Shown piece after piece: positions 48,741 to 57,430 of a DNA stretch of 64,000 bases. Source of the stretch: Gammaproteobacteria bacterium (GTDB taxonomy: Bacteria > Pseudomonadota > Gammaproteobacteria > SZUA-229). The notes beneath the pieces are model-generated. The model worked only from the letters and a program-made list of their open reading frames with translations, did no database searches and was not told where the DNA came from. The DNA lies in contig JAGXGK010000025.1 of the NCBI GenBank assembly GCA_024636785.1, positions 83,476 to 147,475 of the forward strand, in the 5' to 3' direction. Both the position numbers and the translations under genes were made by a program. Numbering within the stretch: the stretch's first letter is position 1; each line of letters opens with the position of its first letter.

Positions 48741-48774
48741 TCATCTACGTTTATCCGCGTTTATCTGTGGACTA
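48741..48774. repeat. 34-nt CGTTTATC..GTTTATCTG.GGACT repeat, copy 1
   Basis: TCATCTACGTTTATCCGCGTTTATCTGTGGACTA matches 54555-54588 at 28 of 34 positions (hand count). Confidence 0.6.
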
Positions 48775-48787
48775 AAGCCCTTAACCC

Positions 48788-49462
48788 CTAAGTCTCCGAC
48801 CACATCCGCACCAGATTGACATAACTGTTACTCACCTGTTCGGTGGCGCTGGTGCCGGGCTGGTTTTTGAGTAGTTCTTCACGGGCCTGATGCAGGTTAT
48901 AAAGCAGCTCGCGTCTGGCCGGGTCGCGCACCATGCTTTGCAGCCAGGTGACGGCAACAACGCGTTCGCCGCGGGTCACTTCCGCTACCCGGTGTGTACT
49001 GGAAGAGGGGTACATCACTGCATCACCAGCTTTGAGCTTCACCGCCTGATCGCCAAACGAAGTCTGGATGGTGAGTTCGCCGCCTTCGTAATCCTGCGGT
49101 TCGTTGAGAAACACCGTAATCGACAGATCAGAGCGATAGCGCTGGCCCACTGGCCCCATCACCGGATCATCGACATGGTTGCCGTAGGCCATGCCCTTGC
49201 CGTATTTGGCGTAATAGGGCGCAGCGATTTTCAGCGGCAGCGCCGCCGCCAGATAAACCGGATGATTGATCAACCGCCCCATCAACAGATTGTTCAGCGG
49301 TACCATAAGCTCGTCATTGGCACTCAGCTCCTGATTATGTTTTATGCGCACCGCTTCGTTACCCGCACTCAGTTTGCCATCGACAAACCGGCCGCGTGCC
49401 AGCAGATCGTGCACCACTGCCAGCTCTTCCCGGCTCAAAACATTCGTTAAAGTCAGCAGCAT
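48788..49462 (-). CDS. PKHD-type Fe(II)/2OG hydroxylase (PiuC/YbiX-like)
   Basis: 224 aa. The N-terminus MLLTLTNVLSREEL..FVDGKLSAG is typical of YbiX, with GNHVDDP and SSSTHRV. Confidence 0.82.
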   Translation of the reverse strand: MLLTLTNVLSREELAVVHDLLARGRFVDGKLSAGNEAVRIKHNQELSANDELMVPLNNLLMGRLINHPVYLAAALPLKIAAPYYAKYGKGMAYGNHVDDPVMGPVGQRYRSDLSITVFLNEPQDYEGGELTIQTSFGDQAVKLKAGDAVMYPSSSTHRVAEVTRGERVVAVTWLQSMVRDPARRELLYNLHQAREELLKNQPGTSATEQVSNSYVNLVRMWSET

Positions 49463-49527
49463 TTAATCGCCCCAATTAAAGTATAATTTGGCACCATGTT
49501 AGCAGGAATTACCCAGGATTTAGCCGT

Positions 49528-49884
49528 ATGAAACTCAATATCATTGTCGAAGGCCGCAGCAGCGCCTTTGAAGTACCCGATCAGATTTTATTCGAAGCCT
49601 CGGATTTTTTTGACCAGATGAACGCCGACATGGACAAAGGCTGGCAGATGAGCCGCGACTGGGTGGATAACCCCAACGCTGAACAACGCTGTCAGATTGC
49701 CGCCGAAAAAATGCTCACCGCGATCGAAAATGAAAACGAAAAATTGCTGATGTTGATGGCCGCCTACATCCTGAAAACCATGCCCGGCGTGCGCGGTGTG
49801 AATATCGATATAACCGGTGATATGAACGAAACCGATATCATCATGGAAGCTGAAAGCAATGTGCCTCTGGGGCCGATTTTTTAA
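49528..49884 (+). CDS. hypothetical protein
   Basis: 118-aa ORF divergent from the hydroxylase gene. No motif recognised. Confidence 0.4.
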   Translation: MKLNIIVEGRSSAFEVPDQILFEASDFFDQMNADMDKGWQMSRDWVDNPNAEQRCQIAAEKMLTAIENENEKLLMLMAAYILKTMPGVRGVNIDITGDMNETDIIMEAESNVPLGPIF

Positions 49885-50062
49885 CTGACTTGCAGTTAAT
49901 AAAAGGCGTGCAGAAGATGAATCAAGTCCGAGCATTACCTGATTCTAGCGTGTCATCGTAGCACCACGCAGTCGCGTATATTGTTCATCAATCAGACGGC
50001 AACAACCATCCATTTCCATCAATACTGGCAGGGTGACTGTGCGCGTACATGCTTGGGTATGT

Positions 50063-51139
50063 TTATGTGCCGTAGATTGAAACGGCTTTTATTTGCATGA
50101 ATATCCGCTGGCCAATATCAAGCCCAAGTTGGTGATGTGATTTTTTCGTAATCCGTGCCAGAAAGATATCGTTACGGCTGTTAATCTGCAATAGAGCGTG
50201 TGATCCGGTCTTCTCTATAATCGCAGAAATGGTGCCTTCAATAATATTTAGAATACTGCTGTCGGAAATGGCTCTTTTACACAGGCTGACGTTGTTGGCA
50301 TGAATATGTATGCGTACTTGCTGACCGGGGTTGGCGACACCAGGTACAATAATATTGTTGCCATTGCTGGTTTGTATGGTTGAGAGTTGAAATTCTTTTT
50401 CCTGTTTTATAACGGTTCCGTCTAAAACAGCGGCGGCATTGCTTGCTTTTGCCAGCGGTGATTCGGGTGCAACCAAAGCCTCGTGTAAGCGCCCTTCGAA
50501 CTGTATGTGACCCTGTTCTATCACCAGTATGTAATCACACAGGCGCGTGACCTCTTCAATGCTGTGGCTGACATAGAGCATGGGAATATTGAATTCCCTG
50601 TGCAGGCGATCCAGGAAAGGCAGGATTTCCTGTTTGCGCCTTTCATCAAGCGAAGCCAATGGTTCATCCAGCAACATGATTTGCGGATTTTTCAGCAGCG
50701 CGCGAGCAATGGCGACACGCTGCTTTTCACCGCCGGAAAGCTGGTGCGGTTTGCGCTCGAGCAGGTGGCAGATGTTGAACAGTTTAAAGAGGTGATCACG
50801 ATCCAGCGAGGTGGTATTTTGCGTGCTGCAGCGTTTGACACCGTAATCAAGATTGGCCTGCACGCTTAGATGCGGAAACAGTCGTCCCTCCTGAAAGATA
50901 TAACCGATGTTTCTATCCTGACTGGACAGATTTTGGCTGTCGCTGAGCCAGGTCTGGCCGTTAATTTCGATATGGCCCTGTACCTCTTTTTCCAGCCCCG
51001 CGAGACACCTTAGCAGCGTGGTTTTTCCCGAGCCGGAGTGCCCGAAGATGCCGGTTACACCCTGTGCAGGGAGAGCAAACTCGGCTTCAACGGTGAAGTC
51101 TTCGCGTTGCAGTTTAATCCGGCAGTGATTCGCTTTCAT
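50063..51139 (-). CDS. modC: molybdate ABC transporter ATP-binding protein
   Basis: Walker A GHSGSGKTT, signature LSGGEKQRV, C-terminal TOBE-like domain. Overlaps modB by 4 nt. Confidence 0.9.
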   Translation of the reverse strand: MKANHCRIKLQREDFTVEAEFALPAQGVTGIFGHSGSGKTTLLRCLAGLEKEVQGHIEINGQTWLSDSQNLSSQDRNIGYIFQEGRLFPHLSVQANLDYGVKRCSTQNTTSLDRDHLFKLFNICHLLERKPHQLSGGEKQRVAIARALLKNPQIMLLDEPLASLDERRKQEILPFLDRLHREFNIPMLYVSHSIEEVTRLCDYILVIEQGHIQFEGRLHEALVAPESPLAKASNAAAVLDGTVIKQEKEFQLSTIQTSNGNNIIVPGVANPGQQVRIHIHANNVSLCKRAISDSSILNIIEGTISAIIEKTGSHALLQINSRNDIFLARITKKSHHQLGLDIGQRIFMQIKAVSIYGT

Positions 51140-51813
51140 CGCCGGTGTCCCTGCCTGTGATTAACCGTGTACATCAGCAATATCGCCAGAAAGGCAAAAA
51201 CGAGTAGAATAATTGAGAGTATGTGCGCTTTATCGTATTCAAGCATTTCTACATGATCATAAATGGCGATAGAGACGACGCGCGTTTCATCCGGTATATT
51301 TCCACCCACCATCAGAACCACACCGAATTCACCCAGAGTATGCGCAAAACCCAGTACGCCAGCGGTAAGAAAGCCCCGTTTAGCAAGTGGCACGGCGATG
51401 CTGAAAAACGCATCCAGCGGTTTGGCGCCCAGTGTATACGCCGCTTCCATTAGATCGTGACTGATGCCCTCAAAGGAGCTTTGCAGTGGCTGCACCACAA
51501 AGGGGAAGCTGTACAGCACAGAGGCGATGACAAGACCGGAAAAGCTGAAGGTGAGTGTCTCGCCCGTCAGCTCTAACCACCAGCTACCGACGACACCCTG
51601 TGGGCTTAATAAAATCAGCAGATAAAAGCCCATGACGGTGGGCGGTAGTACGATAGGCAATGCCACGATGGTTTCGATTAATGGCTTGAATCTTGCCCGG
51701 GTCGTACTCAGCCACCAGGCCAGAGGAGTGCCGATAATAAGCAGAATAAGCGTAGTGAGCGCGGCGAGTTTTACGCTAAGAAGCAGGGGGCCAAAGCCGG
51801 GAAAGAGTTCCAT
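51136..51813 (-). CDS. modB: molybdate ABC transporter permease
   Basis: 225 aa, 5-6 TM helices, CysTW/ModB-type permease pattern. Confidence 0.88.
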   Translation of the reverse strand: MELFPGFGPLLLSVKLAALTTLILLIIGTPLAWWLSTTRARFKPLIETIVALPIVLPPTVMGFYLLILLSPQGVVGSWWLELTGETLTFSFSGLVIASVLYSFPFVVQPLQSSFEGISHDLMEAAYTLGAKPLDAFFSIAVPLAKRGFLTAGVLGFAHTLGEFGVVLMVGGNIPDETRVVSIAIYDHVEMLEYDKAHILSIILLVFAFLAILLMYTVNHRQGHRR

Positions 51814-51846
51814 GAGTTATGTTTGTTATCCAGTGCGCTGCATCAT

Positions 51847-52599
51847 TTAAGGCGCATCATAGCCGCTGTTTTTTATGATGGTTTTGGCAGCGTCTGTCTG
51901 CATGTAATGCCAGAAGGCGATAACGGCAGGTTTATTCGATGCCTTCGTTAATACTAGCATTTTTTGTTTGATGGGTTCATGTCTGTCCGCAGGGACTTCC
52001 CATTTACAGGCAAGATTGATTTCAGTACCTTGTTGCAACATGGACTGGGCAATAAAACCAGCGCCGGCATTGCCTGTTGCAACAAACTGTAGTGCTTGTG
52101 CAATATTTTCACCCATAACTAATTTAGGCTTGAGTGTCTGCCAACGCTGAAGTTTTTCAAGTGTTTGCTGCGTGGCCAGGCCATAAGGTGCGGTTTTTGG
52201 ATTGGCAATGGCGAGTCTTTTTAGTGCAGGGCTGTCGAGCACATCCTGACAGGTTTTTTTCGCTTTGATATTCGAAATTAAAACCAGTCTGCCAATGGCA
52301 TAGACGCGCGCTAGCGCTGCACTGGCTTTGCCTTCGGCGATGAGTCGGTCGGGCCTGTCTTCGTCGGCAGCCATGAATATATCAAACGGTGCGCCATGGT
52401 TGATCTGAGTATAAAGCTTGCCGGTAGACGCACTGCTGACACGGAGCTGATGGCCGGTTTTTGCTTTAAAATCGCCGGCCAGCATTTGTAGCGTAGGTGA
52501 AAAGTTGCTGGCAACAGCGACGTTTATATTGTCGGCGTGTGTGGGCGTAGCGACCATCAATAGTAAAAATAATGCGAAGAGCAGCTTAAGTTTTGTCAT
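51847..52599 (-). CDS. modA: molybdate-binding periplasmic protein
   Basis: Signal peptide, 250 aa, ModA-like sequence, positioned upstream of modBC. Confidence 0.87.
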   Translation of the reverse strand: MTKLKLLFALFLLLMVATPTHADNINVAVASNFSPTLQMLAGDFKAKTGHQLRVSSASTGKLYTQINHGAPFDIFMAADEDRPDRLIAEGKASAALARVYAIGRLVLISNIKAKKTCQDVLDSPALKRLAIANPKTAPYGLATQQTLEKLQRWQTLKPKLVMGENIAQALQFVATGNAGAGFIAQSMLQQGTEINLACKWEVPADRHEPIKQKMLVLTKASNKPAVIAFWHYMQTDAAKTIIKNSGYDAP

Positions 52600-52724
52600 T
52601 ATGTTCTTTTTTACATTGTTACTGTCTGGCTTTTGCTCCCAGCGTTTCGTGATGTGGCAACAGTTTTCAAATAACTTTTCTGTTTCGGGCTATTTAATTG
52701 TTATGTGCATAAAGGCAAGGGGTC

Positions 52725-53768
52725 TTAAAGGTGGTTGATGTTGACGAGTGCTTCGATGTGCGAGCTGCATTTTTCCTGATGCTGATTGTGCAGGTACAGC
52801 ATTTGAGTTGCAATGTTTAGCCAGTGCTTTTCGCTGTCGTTCACAGCCTTTTTTAATGGCGCGATGTCGTTGGTGCTCTGCCAGTGCTGGTAGGCGCTCT
52901 GCAAGGCGGGGAAAATATGTTTGCGCATGCTGGTGAGATTGCCGAAATAAAAATGCAGTGAGGCCTGCTGGTTTCGCTCGATGAGTGCGGGCAGGGTGGA
53001 GAGGGCGTCGGCGAGATGGTCGCGCACTGCGCGGGCCATGATTTCAGCCTGGGTAAAGCTGATGTCGAGCATCATTTTACTCCAGCCCTGTAGCTGTTCT
53101 CCGGCTTTTATCTCGCCGATTTCGTGCAGGATGGCCGATTCCAGTTCGTTGTCGGTCATGGCCTGTAGCGAGGCTTCCAGTTCATTGTCAAAGTCGTAGC
53201 AGCGCATGGCCCGCGCCATGGCATTTTCGGGTTTGTTCCAGCGCCACTCCTCGGTTTTTTCCCAGAGCATGCGCTGGAACGATTCGCGCCGGATAAAGAT
53301 GGTTTTGCCCTGGCTCATGGCCGGCGGTGAGGTCAGATCGCGGGCGTATTCCTTGCCCGAAACCAGAATCTGATAGCCATTGTGCTTTTCTTCCCGCTCC
53401 AGCTGCGCGAGGAAGAAATGGGGCTTGTTCTTCTGGCCGATGCCACCGCTGTAGACCAGGCCGTGAGGCAGCAGCTTTGCATTGATGGCCTGCGCGTCGA
53501 AGGGGTCGTAGTGTGCGTTATCGAGGTCGAGGCGGGCATAATCTTCCTGTTCGATCTCATCCCACAGACTTTCGCGCTGCGTCAGCCAGCGGCCGACCTC
53601 GTCGGTGGTGAGCGTCTGCCGGTAGGCCAGATTCTTTTCCCAGCGGTAATATTCACGCATTTTCAGTAGATAGATGCACAGCGTATAATTGCTTGCATAG
53701 CGGGCATCCGAAACATGGCAGTTACGCTGTACGCGTTGTTCGAGCTGTTTGTATTTGGAATTCATCAT
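52725..53768 (-). CDS. conserved hypothetical protein (347 aa)
   Basis: Long ORF with normal-looking composition. I recognise no domain. Confidence 0.55.
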   Translation of the reverse strand: MMNSKYKQLEQRVQRNCHVSDARYASNYTLCIYLLKMREYYRWEKNLAYRQTLTTDEVGRWLTQRESLWDEIEQEDYARLDLDNAHYDPFDAQAINAKLLPHGLVYSGGIGQKNKPHFFLAQLEREEKHNGYQILVSGKEYARDLTSPPAMSQGKTIFIRRESFQRMLWEKTEEWRWNKPENAMARAMRCYDFDNELEASLQAMTDNELESAILHEIGEIKAGEQLQGWSKMMLDISFTQAEIMARAVRDHLADALSTLPALIERNQQASLHFYFGNLTSMRKHIFPALQSAYQHWQSTNDIAPLKKAVNDSEKHWLNIATQMLYLHNQHQEKCSSHIEALVNINHL

Positions 53769-53956
53769 CTATTTTCTAATTGACCCGTAATCGGGCAGTT
53801 AATTCCTCAGTAAATTAGTATACTATTCGACACAGAGGCTTACACCCGTAATTTGCAGGTATTAGCGATGGCGGGTGAAACCCGTTTCACCGTTCGTCAC
53901 CTGAGCCGGGGACGATGAGGCCGCCATTATGAGGCCGTTACCATGAGAGGATTGTT

Positions 53957-54511
53957 GTGAAAATCAGAGTTAAAAGCACCTGGAATGATAAAACGCGCGA
54001 GCGCAGCCCCGATGAGGTTGGCAGTGCGCTGGGTTTTAATCTGTGGCGCATTGCCGGTGCGAACGTGCTGCATCTGGAAAACGAAGGCTTCCAGACCGAT
54101 ACCTATAACCAGCGCCTGGATGTAATTGCCGAGTTGCTGGGCTTTTTTGTGCATGTGGTCGATCGTATGGCCGCTGAGAAGGAATATTCGGAACAGGAGC
54201 GCAAGGACCTGATCACCGCGCTGGCGTTGAATTTGGCCAAAACCATGCACGATAACCGCTCCGACGTGAATGAGGAGAAGCAGGATTTCAAGGCGCAGTT
54301 TATTCAGGTGCTGAACGAGCGCATGGCTGAATATGCCGATTTCGCCTACGACGAGGCTGAACCCGGCTTTCAGATGAAAAGGCGGGTAGGTGAGCACGTC
54401 ACCGCCGTGATGGGCGACAGAGATAAAAAGTGGGTGACCGATCAGATTATGGAAATTGAAATCCCCGATGCGCTCAAAACCTTTAAAAAGGTGGCGAGGA
54501 ATTTGATTTAG
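53957..54511 (+). CDS. hypothetical protein (184 aa)
   Basis: GTG start with a GAGAGGA RBS 6 nt upstream. Confidence 0.5.
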   Translation: MKIRVKSTWNDKTRERSPDEVGSALGFNLWRIAGANVLHLENEGFQTDTYNQRLDVIAELLGFFVHVVDRMAAEKEYSEQERKDLITALALNLAKTMHDNRSDVNEEKQDFKAQFIQVLNERMAEYADFAYDEAEPGFQMKRRVGEHVTAVMGDRDKKWVTDQIMEIEIPDALKTFKKVARNLI

Positions 54512-54554
54512 GTATTAGCGGTTTGTTAATTTGTATTGACGAAATATAAATATT

Positions 54555-54588
54555 GATCTGCGTTTATCGGTGTTTATCTGCGGACTGC
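54555..54588. repeat. 34-nt CGTTTATC..GTTTATCTG.GGACT repeat, copy 2
   Basis: TGATCTGCGTTTATCGGTGTTTATCTGCGGACTG; see 48741-48774. Confidence 0.6.
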
Positions 54589-54609
54589 TGTTTTTAAATC
54601 AGCGCACAC

Positions 54610-54642
54610 AAAAAAGCCGGTGTCAGAAACACCGGCTTTTTT
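54610..54642. terminator. bidirectional rho-independent terminator
   Basis: A6-GCCGGTGT CAGAA ACACCGGC-T6, between convergent genes. Confidence 0.75.
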
Positions 54643-54667
54643 GTACTGAAAAGTTTAGCAGTCTGGC

Positions 54668-54862
54668 TTATTTAGCCCAGGCACTGAAGTTGTCAGCGTT
54701 CTTTTCTTTGCCGTCATCGTAACCCGCTTCATAAGCGTCATTCACGCGTTGTTCTTCGCGTGGTGGGTTTAGCACGTAACCGCCTTCCCATCCGCAGATG
54801 TATTCTGGGTCAACGCCCGCTTCTTCCATCTTGGTAATAGCATTGTAGTAATCTTGATTCAT
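54668..54862 (-). CDS. 64-aa hypothetical acidic protein
   Basis: AGAGGG RBS 8 nt upstream, and a terminator downstream. Confidence 0.45.
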   Translation of the reverse strand: MNQDYYNAITKMEEAGVDPEYICGWEGGYVLNPPREEQRVNDAYEAGYDDGKEKNADNFSAWAK

Positions 54863-55104
54863 TGATAAACCCTCTGTTAATTATCGTATTCATCGACTAA
54901 GCGATGACTCGCGTACAATTGAAGCTGCATTCGCTTAGCCACCAATAATGGAGGCAGATTATAACGTATTACGACGCCATGGTAAAAGTTCTGGTTATAT
55001 CCCTTTGGGGAGAGTTGCAGCGGCATATAAGCAATACTCCCAGTGAGAGGTATTCTCATTAAGGCTTGTATTTTGTAGTATGAGCCCTATATTATGTATT
55101 ACTT

Positions 55105-55584
55105 ATGAAAGAATTTCGAACGGGGAAAACAATGTCCAGTGACACAGATAATGAAATGAACGAAGCCAGCATGGCTTTTTCCAGCGGGATCGCCGCTTTT
55201 GAGGCCAAGAATTTTGCTCAGGCGATGGTATTTCTGCGCCAAGTTGCAGATACCGGTGACGCTGAGGCCCAGCATCGGTGCGCCATTATGTTCCAGAATG
55301 GTCTGGGTACGGTGGCCAATGAAGGCAAGGCTTTTGAATATATGAAAGCGGCTGCCGAGCAGGGCCACGCCGTCGCCCAGCATGGCCTGGGTTTTATGTA
55401 TATGGAAGGCGAGTGTGTCGAGCAGAGCGGTGCAGATGCCGTCAAGTGGTTTGAGAAAGCCGCCGGGCAGGGCCTGATGGGTTCCCTGACCACGCTGGCA
55501 ATGATGTACGAAGAGGGCAAGGGTGTGGATAAAAACCCCGAGGAAGCCAAACGCCTGTACAAACTCGCCGGTTTCGATCAGTAA
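55105..55584 (+). CDS. Sel1-repeat (TPR-like) protein
   Basis: Three Sel1 repeats (AEAQHRCAIMFQNGLG, AVAQHGLGFMYMEGEC, SLTTLAMMYEEGKG). The start may be ATG 55132. Confidence 0.8.
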   Translation: MKEFRTGKTMSSDTDNEMNEASMAFSSGIAAFEAKNFAQAMVFLRQVADTGDAEAQHRCAIMFQNGLGTVANEGKAFEYMKAAAEQGHAVAQHGLGFMYMEGECVEQSGADAVKWFEKAAGQGLMGSLTTLAMMYEEGKGVDKNPEEAKRLYKLAGFDQ

Positions 55585-55596
55585 TATTTTCAACCC

Positions 55597-55664
55597 AGGA
55601 GCCTGTCTGACTTAAAGAATCGAAGCGACAAGCAGCCGATTTTCTTCAAGTCAGACAGGCTCCT
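55597..55664. repeat. 68-bp hairpin with termini related to the MITE-like element
   Basis: AGGAGCCTGTCTGACTTAAAGAA (22-nt loop) TTCTTCAAGTCAGACAGGCTCCT. The ends resemble AGGAGGCTGTCGGG. Confidence 0.6.
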
Positions 55665-55681
55665 AGCTATGAGTAGTTTCT

Positions 55682-56722
55682 ATGCGTCCAGCTCATCTAT
55701 TAACCGTTATTGAAAAAGAATTTTCCAGCGCCGACACCGGCCACCACACGCCAGTGATGCTGTGGGGTGCGCCCGGGGTGGGTAAATCGCAGATGGTGGC
55801 GCAGATTGCGGAGAACCATAATGTGCCCCTGATTGATATCCGGCTGTCACAGATGGAGCCCAGCGATTTGCGCGGCATTCCCTTCCGGGTGGGCGATCTC
55901 GTGGAATGGGCGGTGCCGGCCATGTTGCCCAACGCGCAACGTCACGGTGAGCGCGGCATTCTGTTTCTCGACGAAATCACCTCGGCACCCCCGAGCGTCT
56001 CCGCCGCCGCCTATCAGCTGATTCTCGACCGCAAACTGGGCGAATATGAAGTGCCCGAAGGCTGGGCGATTATCGCGGCGGGCAATCGTCAGGGCGATCG
56101 CGGCGTGACCTACAGCATGCCCGCACCGCTGGCAAACCGGTTCTCGCATTACGAAGTTGAAGTCAATCTGGATGACTGGGTCGCCTGGGCTTACCTTCAT
56201 GGTATCGACGAGCGCATCATTGCCTTTTTGCGCTTCCGTCAGGATCTGTTATTCGAGTTCGATGCCGCGCAAAATCCGGTCGCTTTCCCCTCGCCACGTT
56301 CCTGGGAGTTTGCCCACCGCGCGCTGCAAAAATTCGACAACTCCAATAATTTATTACTGGGCGCATTGCAGGCCTGTGTCGGCAAAGCTGCCGGCATCGA
56401 AGTCAAAGCCTTTGTCGACAGCCTCGATCAAATGCCCGACCTGGATGCTATCGTCAGAGGCGAAGACCTCGCTGCACCGAAAGAAATTGATCTGCAATAC
56501 GCCGTCGCCACAGCACTGGTTGGACGCGCCATCCGCGCCAAAGAAACCGCCGATGCCATGACCGTACACGGCAATATATTGAACTACGCCAGCCGCTTCC
56601 CGCAACGCGAAATGGGCGTGATGATGGTGTCAGACATGCACCGTGCAGTGGGGCAGGAACTATTTGCCGTCCCGGAGTTCGCGGCCTGGGCGGATAAGAT
56701 TGCGGATATAATGTTGTACTGA
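55682..56722 (+). CDS. MoxR/AAA_5-type AAA+ ATPase
   Basis: Walker A GAPGVGKS, Walker B ILFLDEI, and AAGNRQGDRGV..PLANRF. Confidence 0.88.
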   Translation: MRPAHLLTVIEKEFSSADTGHHTPVMLWGAPGVGKSQMVAQIAENHNVPLIDIRLSQMEPSDLRGIPFRVGDLVEWAVPAMLPNAQRHGERGILFLDEITSAPPSVSAAAYQLILDRKLGEYEVPEGWAIIAAGNRQGDRGVTYSMPAPLANRFSHYEVEVNLDDWVAWAYLHGIDERIIAFLRFRQDLLFEFDAAQNPVAFPSPRSWEFAHRALQKFDNSNNLLLGALQACVGKAAGIEVKAFVDSLDQMPDLDAIVRGEDLAAPKEIDLQYAVATALVGRAIRAKETADAMTVHGNILNYASRFPQREMGVMMVSDMHRAVGQELFAVPEFAAWADKIADIMLY

Positions 56723-56730
56723 TAAGAAAT

Positions 56731-56848
56731 TTCACCGCAGAGGTGATAAGTAGTTTAAGGTCGAAAGCTTTTCACCGCAGAGGCGATAAATAGTTAAGGT
56801 CAAAAGCTTTTTACCGCAGAGGTCGCAGAGAACGCAGAGGAAAAAAAG
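56731..56848 (+). repeat. tandem array of about 40-bp units built on TTCACCGCAGAGG, ending in a full CACCGCAGAG-type unit
   Basis: The units start at 56731, 56771 and 56811. The last one reads TTACCGCAGAGGTCGCAGAGAACGCAGAGGAAAAA. A degenerate unit lies at 56903-56925. Confidence 0.75.
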
Positions 56849-56930
56849 TTTTTAATAGATGCAACCACTATAGAGAATATAAATAGTTTGAATCAAAATC
56901 TTTTATCGCAGAGATGCGGAGGGAAATAAT

Positions 56931-57305
56931 ATGGATGTTAATGAGATTTCTAAGAATGTAATTGGTGCTGCAATTGATGTGCACAGGGTTTTGGGGCCGG
57001 GGTTATTGGAGTCGGCGTATGAAGCCTGTTTGTGTTATGAGTTAGAATTGCGAAATATTAGATTTGCTCGGCAAGCTGATGTTCCAGTGAAATATAAAGG
57101 TGTGAATCTGGAATGCGGTTATCGAATAGATTTGCTGGTTGAGGATAAAATCGTAGAATTGAAATCGGTTGAAAAACTTATGCCAATACACGATGCGCAA
57201 TTACTTTCATATTTGAAATTGACCGGCTGTACAGTCGGCTTACTCATAAATTTTAATGTTTTGGTACTGAAACAGGGTATAAGTAGAAAAGTACTAAACC
57301 ACTAA
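56931..57305 (+). CDS. GxxExxY-family protein (PD-(D/E)xK nuclease superfamily)
   Basis: 124 aa. [24 protein letters not shown] contains the GxxExxY motif, followed by [14 protein letters not shown]. Confidence 0.85.
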   Translation: MDVNEISKNVIGAAIDVHRVLGPGLLESAYEACLCYELELRNIRFARQADVPVKYKGVNLECGYRIDLLVEDKIVELKSVEKLMPIHDAQLLSYLKLTGCTVGLLINFNVLVLKQGISRKVLNH

Positions 57306-57377
57306 ACCACTAAACCACGCAAATTGATTTCTTACACGACAATCTGAAAAATGTACTTAACCCACTCATTGATTTTG

Positions 57378-57412
57378 TTTTTCTCCGCGTTCTCTGCGAC
57401 CTCTGCGGTGAA
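57378..57412 (-). repeat. CACCGCAGAG-type unit in inverted orientation (right flank of the GxxExxY cassette)
   Basis: TTTTCTCCGCGTTCTCTGCGACCTCTGCGGTGAA is the reverse complement of the unit at 56811-56848. Confidence 0.75.
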
Positions 57413-57430
57413 CGAACTTAGCTTTTAAAT

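Noticed and set aside
54877-55059. 60-aa minus-strand ORF upstream of the Sel1 gene
   Set aside because: No RBS, an odd composition, and it lies in a probable promoter region. Likely non-coding.
57293-57318. 8-bp tandem repeat ACTAAACC x3 spanning the stop codon of the GxxExxY gene
   Set aside because: It is only about three copies and 26 bp. It could alter the C-terminus by slippage, but it is too short to claim any function.
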